A stretch of 25,203 nucleotides of DNA from a virus (lineage: Duplodnaviria; Caudoviricetes), in IMG/VR virus record IMGVR_UViG_3300024249_000058, positions 1-25,203 of that record; one strand, written 5' to 3'. Shown piece by piece: positions 22,353 through 25,203 of this stretch. The position numbers and the translations under genes were made by a program. Numbering within the stretch: the stretch's first letter is position 1; each line of letters starts with the position of its first letter. The notes under the pieces are model-generated. The model was not told the DNA's origin and searched no databases. It saw only the letters and a program-made list of their open reading frames with translations.

Positions 22353-24269
22353 CTACGGTGTGCATGGTAGGACTGCCTTCCAGTTCACTGTCACGGTGAA
22401 GGCTACGGCCACACCGATCCAAATCGTGAAGCTAGAAGCAGTAGGACTCGCTGCCCAAACAGTCACTGATGGTGGATTGCCAAGGCCACTAGCCTCTGTC
22501 AACGTGATGTCCATCAGTCGTGGAGTGCCTGGCAGTCCGTGGTTCACAACGAAGCTCGTCGCACCTGGGCTGATGTTGATGGTCCCACGGTTCTGACTTG
22601 CATAGCCTAGGTTGTTGGAGATGATCTCATTGGTGCCAGGATACGATCCTGCCTGTAGCCCTGACCCAATGAGTGGATTGGTTCCACTGTTGAGCAGATG
22701 GTTGTTGATGATGTGGTATAGGCTAGACGACCCACCGATGTTCACGCCTGCTGCATGGTTGTATCCAAAGCCTCCATATGGCCCAACGATGCAGTTGGCA
22801 ATACGGAAGTTCTGTCCACCAGCGAAGAACTGAATGCCTGTGCCTGTGTTGCCTGCAATCTTGCAGCAGTCGAAGCTGAGGTTCCGTGCGTTCACATCCT
22901 GAATGTTGAACCCGTGGCCCTTGTTGTCAAACACATGGCAGTTGTTGAAGTCTATGCCATCAACACTACTCGCTGCTGGCGATACGATGGAGACGCCATC
23001 ATTGTCCATGCTTGACATCCAGCAGTCAGCAAACCAGCATCGCTGCACAACGCCTGTGCCAGTTGGTCGAATGTCAATGCCTTTGCTTGCATTGTCAAAC
23101 CCCGTGTTGACAACCCACATGCTGACAACTGATTGGCCACTACCTGGATTGAGCAGCAAGCACGTGCCACAGGCCATGATCTCAGTGTTGATCAATTGTA
23201 TACCACCGTTGTTGACTTGCAAGCCAACACCAGTGCCTGGACGTGTGCCCTGTTCAATGATCAGGTTGTCAATCACAGCAGCTTCACCACCTGTGTAGAT
23301 GATCGCTGTGCCATTGGCTACCCAATTGAACATCTGCCCATCGATGAACATGACATCAGATGCGCCATTGACAAAGATGCCGTTGTAGAACGTGTCCATC
23401 CAGAAGTTCTCTAGACGTGACCTAGATGCGGCTGTGTCGAAGCGTAGCATTGCTCCTGATGTTGCTGTGACAGAGCAACCAAATCCCATGTTGGAGATGT
23501 AAATCGGCGCACCGAATACGAATGTGCTGGCTACAGCTTGGCTACCCTTGACTGTGGTCGCTGTCCGTCCAGCACCTACCCATGTCATCTGCTTGCTGAC
23601 TGTGATCGAAGCTGTTGTCTTGTATGTGCCTGCTGGCCAGAACACCATTGCATTGGCAGGCACGCCTGCAATCATTGCATTGATTGCTGCCGTGTCATCA
23701 GCTACGCCATCACCGACTGCGTTGTAGTCACGCTTGATGTCTATGTAGTTTGACGACCCACTTGTGCCACCATGAGTGTCCACGTAGTGCTTCGTTGCTG
23801 CACCTGTTGGCACCAACGGATCAGCAGACAGCAGCAACGGTCCAGTCATGGTCCCACCAGCGAGTGGAACCATTCCACCAGTGGCAATCGATGCACTGTT
23901 CGCAGCCTCAGATGCACTGTGTGCTGCGTCCACTGCTGATGCAGCAGCCTGCTGAGCATAGAACTGTGCAGACGCTGTGATCTCATTCCAGCGTCCAGGG
24001 TTCGCTGCACGATCATCAGAGAACGTCGTTGGTTCAGCAGGACTGGTGTGTGCCACCATGCACTGCCATGTAATGCTTGTGCTCTGCTCTATCGCTGTCT
24101 GGCCAACTGCATAGTCAGTTGAGTTCTTCCAAATGCCTGTAAGGTTCGGAACAGTGATGAACCTGCCAACCGTGGCATCCAGCACATACCAGTTGTCGTT
24201 GACATCCGTATCCCACGGGTCTTGGTCGAATTCAGGGACGTTGAGCCGTAGGATCGGTGTGAGCGTCAC
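22353..24269 (-). CDS. Tailspike / tail fibre with beta-helix depolymerase-like domain
   Basis: N-terminal anchor; W...TDY.VG......TWQC..AHTS module; LAGGTMTGPL..AATKHYVD; DYNAVGDGVADDTAAI (pectate_lyase_3-type start) and beta-helix repeats; C-terminal VNHGL..TP; RBS AGGAG. Confidence 0.88.
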   Translation of the reverse strand: MTLTPILRLNVPEFDQDPWDTDVNDNWYVLDATVGRFITVPNLTGIWKNSTDYAVGQTAIEQSTSITWQCMVAHTSPAEPTTFSDDRAANPGRWNEITASAQFYAQQAAASAVDAAHSASEAANSASIATGGMVPLAGGTMTGPLLLSADPLVPTGAATKHYVDTHGGTSGSSNYIDIKRDYNAVGDGVADDTAAINAMIAGVPANAMVFWPAGTYKTTASITVSKQMTWVGAGRTATTVKGSQAVASTFVFGAPIYISNMGFGCSVTATSGAMLRFDTAASRSRLENFWMDTFYNGIFVNGASDVMFIDGQMFNWVANGTAIIYTGGEAAVIDNLIIEQGTRPGTGVGLQVNNGGIQLINTEIMACGTCLLLNPGSGQSVVSMWVVNTGFDNASKGIDIRPTGTGVVQRCWFADCWMSSMDNDGVSIVSPAASSVDGIDFNNCHVFDNKGHGFNIQDVNARNLSFDCCKIAGNTGTGIQFFAGGQNFRIANCIVGPYGGFGYNHAAGVNIGGSSSLYHIINNHLLNSGTNPLIGSGLQAGSYPGTNEIISNNLGYASQNRGTINISPGATSFVVNHGLPGTPRLMDITLTEASGLGNPPSVTVWAASPTASSFTIWIGVAVAFTVTVNWKAVLPCTP

Positions 24270-24271
24270 AT

Positions 24272-25203
24272 CTATCTCCTTATGCTGCCGTGCAGATATG
24301 CCAACGACACGCTAATGATGCGCAGCTTGCGCTTGGTCACTCCACTGATCTTCAGCTTGAACAGCTTGAACTTGGTCGTCCACGCATACAGGCGTTCATC
24401 AGACGATCTACGCCCACCACCGTATGCGCTGTCACCATACAGCGTATTGCCATAGCCACCAGCATCACCACCTACGAACGTCATGCTGAGCATTGGCGAG
24501 TCTACGCCCTTGCTGGTCTCGATGTTGTCAACGTAGCCTGTGATTGTGAACTCAGCATCACCCTGTGTGTCCAACGCGATGTAGCGCAGTGTCTTGATGT
24601 CCATGCGATGCTTGAAGTCCGCCCATGGGAACTCCCAAGTGAATGCAATAGGCTCACCAGCACCTTCGTTCACAGCAGGATCATCCAGACGGTCAGCCCC
24701 TGTGTCGATGTTGTCGAAGTCGTAGACATACAGCTTGTTGCCACGACTGAACACGATGTTCTGCAATGCCGTGCGACATGCTGACTGCCATACCCATCCA
24801 CGCAGTCGTGCCCACGCTTGTATCTTCATCGATGGGATGTTCGTGTAGCTGAAGCAGATCGTCTCTTGGATTGCACCATCAGCATCGAACTCAGGGATGA
24901 AGATCATATACCTGAAGTGCCGCAGGTCATACACTGCGAACACATACTGCTGTATCTGTGCAGTTGTCAGTCCTTGGATCAGTCCAGTGATCAACGGATC
25001 AATGAGTTGGCTCAGTCGTGTGGGTCGCAGCGTGTTGAACAGATTGATGCGAGTGACCGAGTTGATGCCAACGTTATCATTGAAAAATGTGTCGTCCCCA
25101 ACCGATACAAGCGAGCGGTGTGCCAGGCAACCATATTCCTCGATGAATCCATCATCCGTAGGTGTATGAACCGCTGGGGTTCCTGTATACACCCCAAGGT
25201 TGA
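24272..25203 (-). CDS. Tail tubular / DNA stabilisation protein (P22 gp10-like), 5'-truncated by the window edge
   Basis: YGCLAHRSLVSVGDDTFF beta-propeller motif; all-beta C-terminus; frame open to the window end. Confidence 0.72.
   Translation of the reverse strand, partial: NLGVYTGTPAVHTPTDDGFIEEYGCLAHRSLVSVGDDTFFNDNVGINSVTRINLFNTLRPTRLSQLIDPLITGLIQGLTTAQIQQYVFAVYDLRHFRYMIFIPEFDADGAIQETICFSYTNIPSMKIQAWARLRGWVWQSACRTALQNIVFSRGNKLYVYDFDNIDTGADRLDDPAVNEGAGEPIAFTWEFPWADFKHRMDIKTLRYIALDTQGDAEFTITGYVDNIETSKGVDSPMLSMTFVGGDAGGYGNTLYGDSAYGGGRRSSDERLYAWTTKFKLFKLKISGVTKRKLRIISVSLAYLHGSIRR

Larger units (their letters stand above)
1..25203. mobile_element. Bacteriophage genome segment (podovirus-like): replication/recombination arm converging on tail/ejection arm
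   Basis: Dense, often overlapping ORFs; phage-type PolA, Sak4/SSB/Cas4-like module, HNH, tailspike, gp10-like and ejection-type proteins; no host housekeeping genes, no tape measure protein, no integrase seen. Confidence 0.93.

Noticed and set aside
1-25203. Alternative genetic code (stop codon reassignment)
   Set aside because: TAA, TAG and TGA all end well-supported genes and conserved proteins are uninterrupted under code 11.

Overview
The whole window reads as part of a tailed dsDNA bacteriophage genome, most likely a short-tailed (podovirus-type) phage, organised as two convergent arms. The + arm (1-13995) carries accessory, recombination and replication genes: a beta-helix protein, an HNH endonuclease, an NrdR-like zinc ribbon lacking an ATP cone, a DUF932 protein, a Cas4/RecB-like exonuclease, a Sak4-like ATPase, an SSB, a RecD-like helicase, a PEP-CTERM surface protein, a UDG-like/3'-5' exonuclease/family A DNA polymerase fusion, a Pro-rich repeat protein and a DUF3987-like ATPase. 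The - arm (13992-25203) carries virion genes: a P22 gp10-like tail protein, a tailspike, two GNAT-fold proteins and four putative ejection proteins. The most notable items are (i) two translationally coupled or tightly packed GNAT + ejection-protein pairs, one with a leader-GGGGKGGGG motif (candidate virion-protein acylation system); (ii) a polymerase with a degenerate UDG domain and His at the 762-equivalent position; (iii) a phage-borne exosortase substrate preceded by a three-stem pseudoknot that follows the helicase UGA in the same frame; and (iv) an NrdR-like regulator with a candidate operator. All family calls come from motif recognition by eye; no searches were run. No tRNA, rRNA, CRISPR array, integrase, primase or RNA polymerase was recognised.
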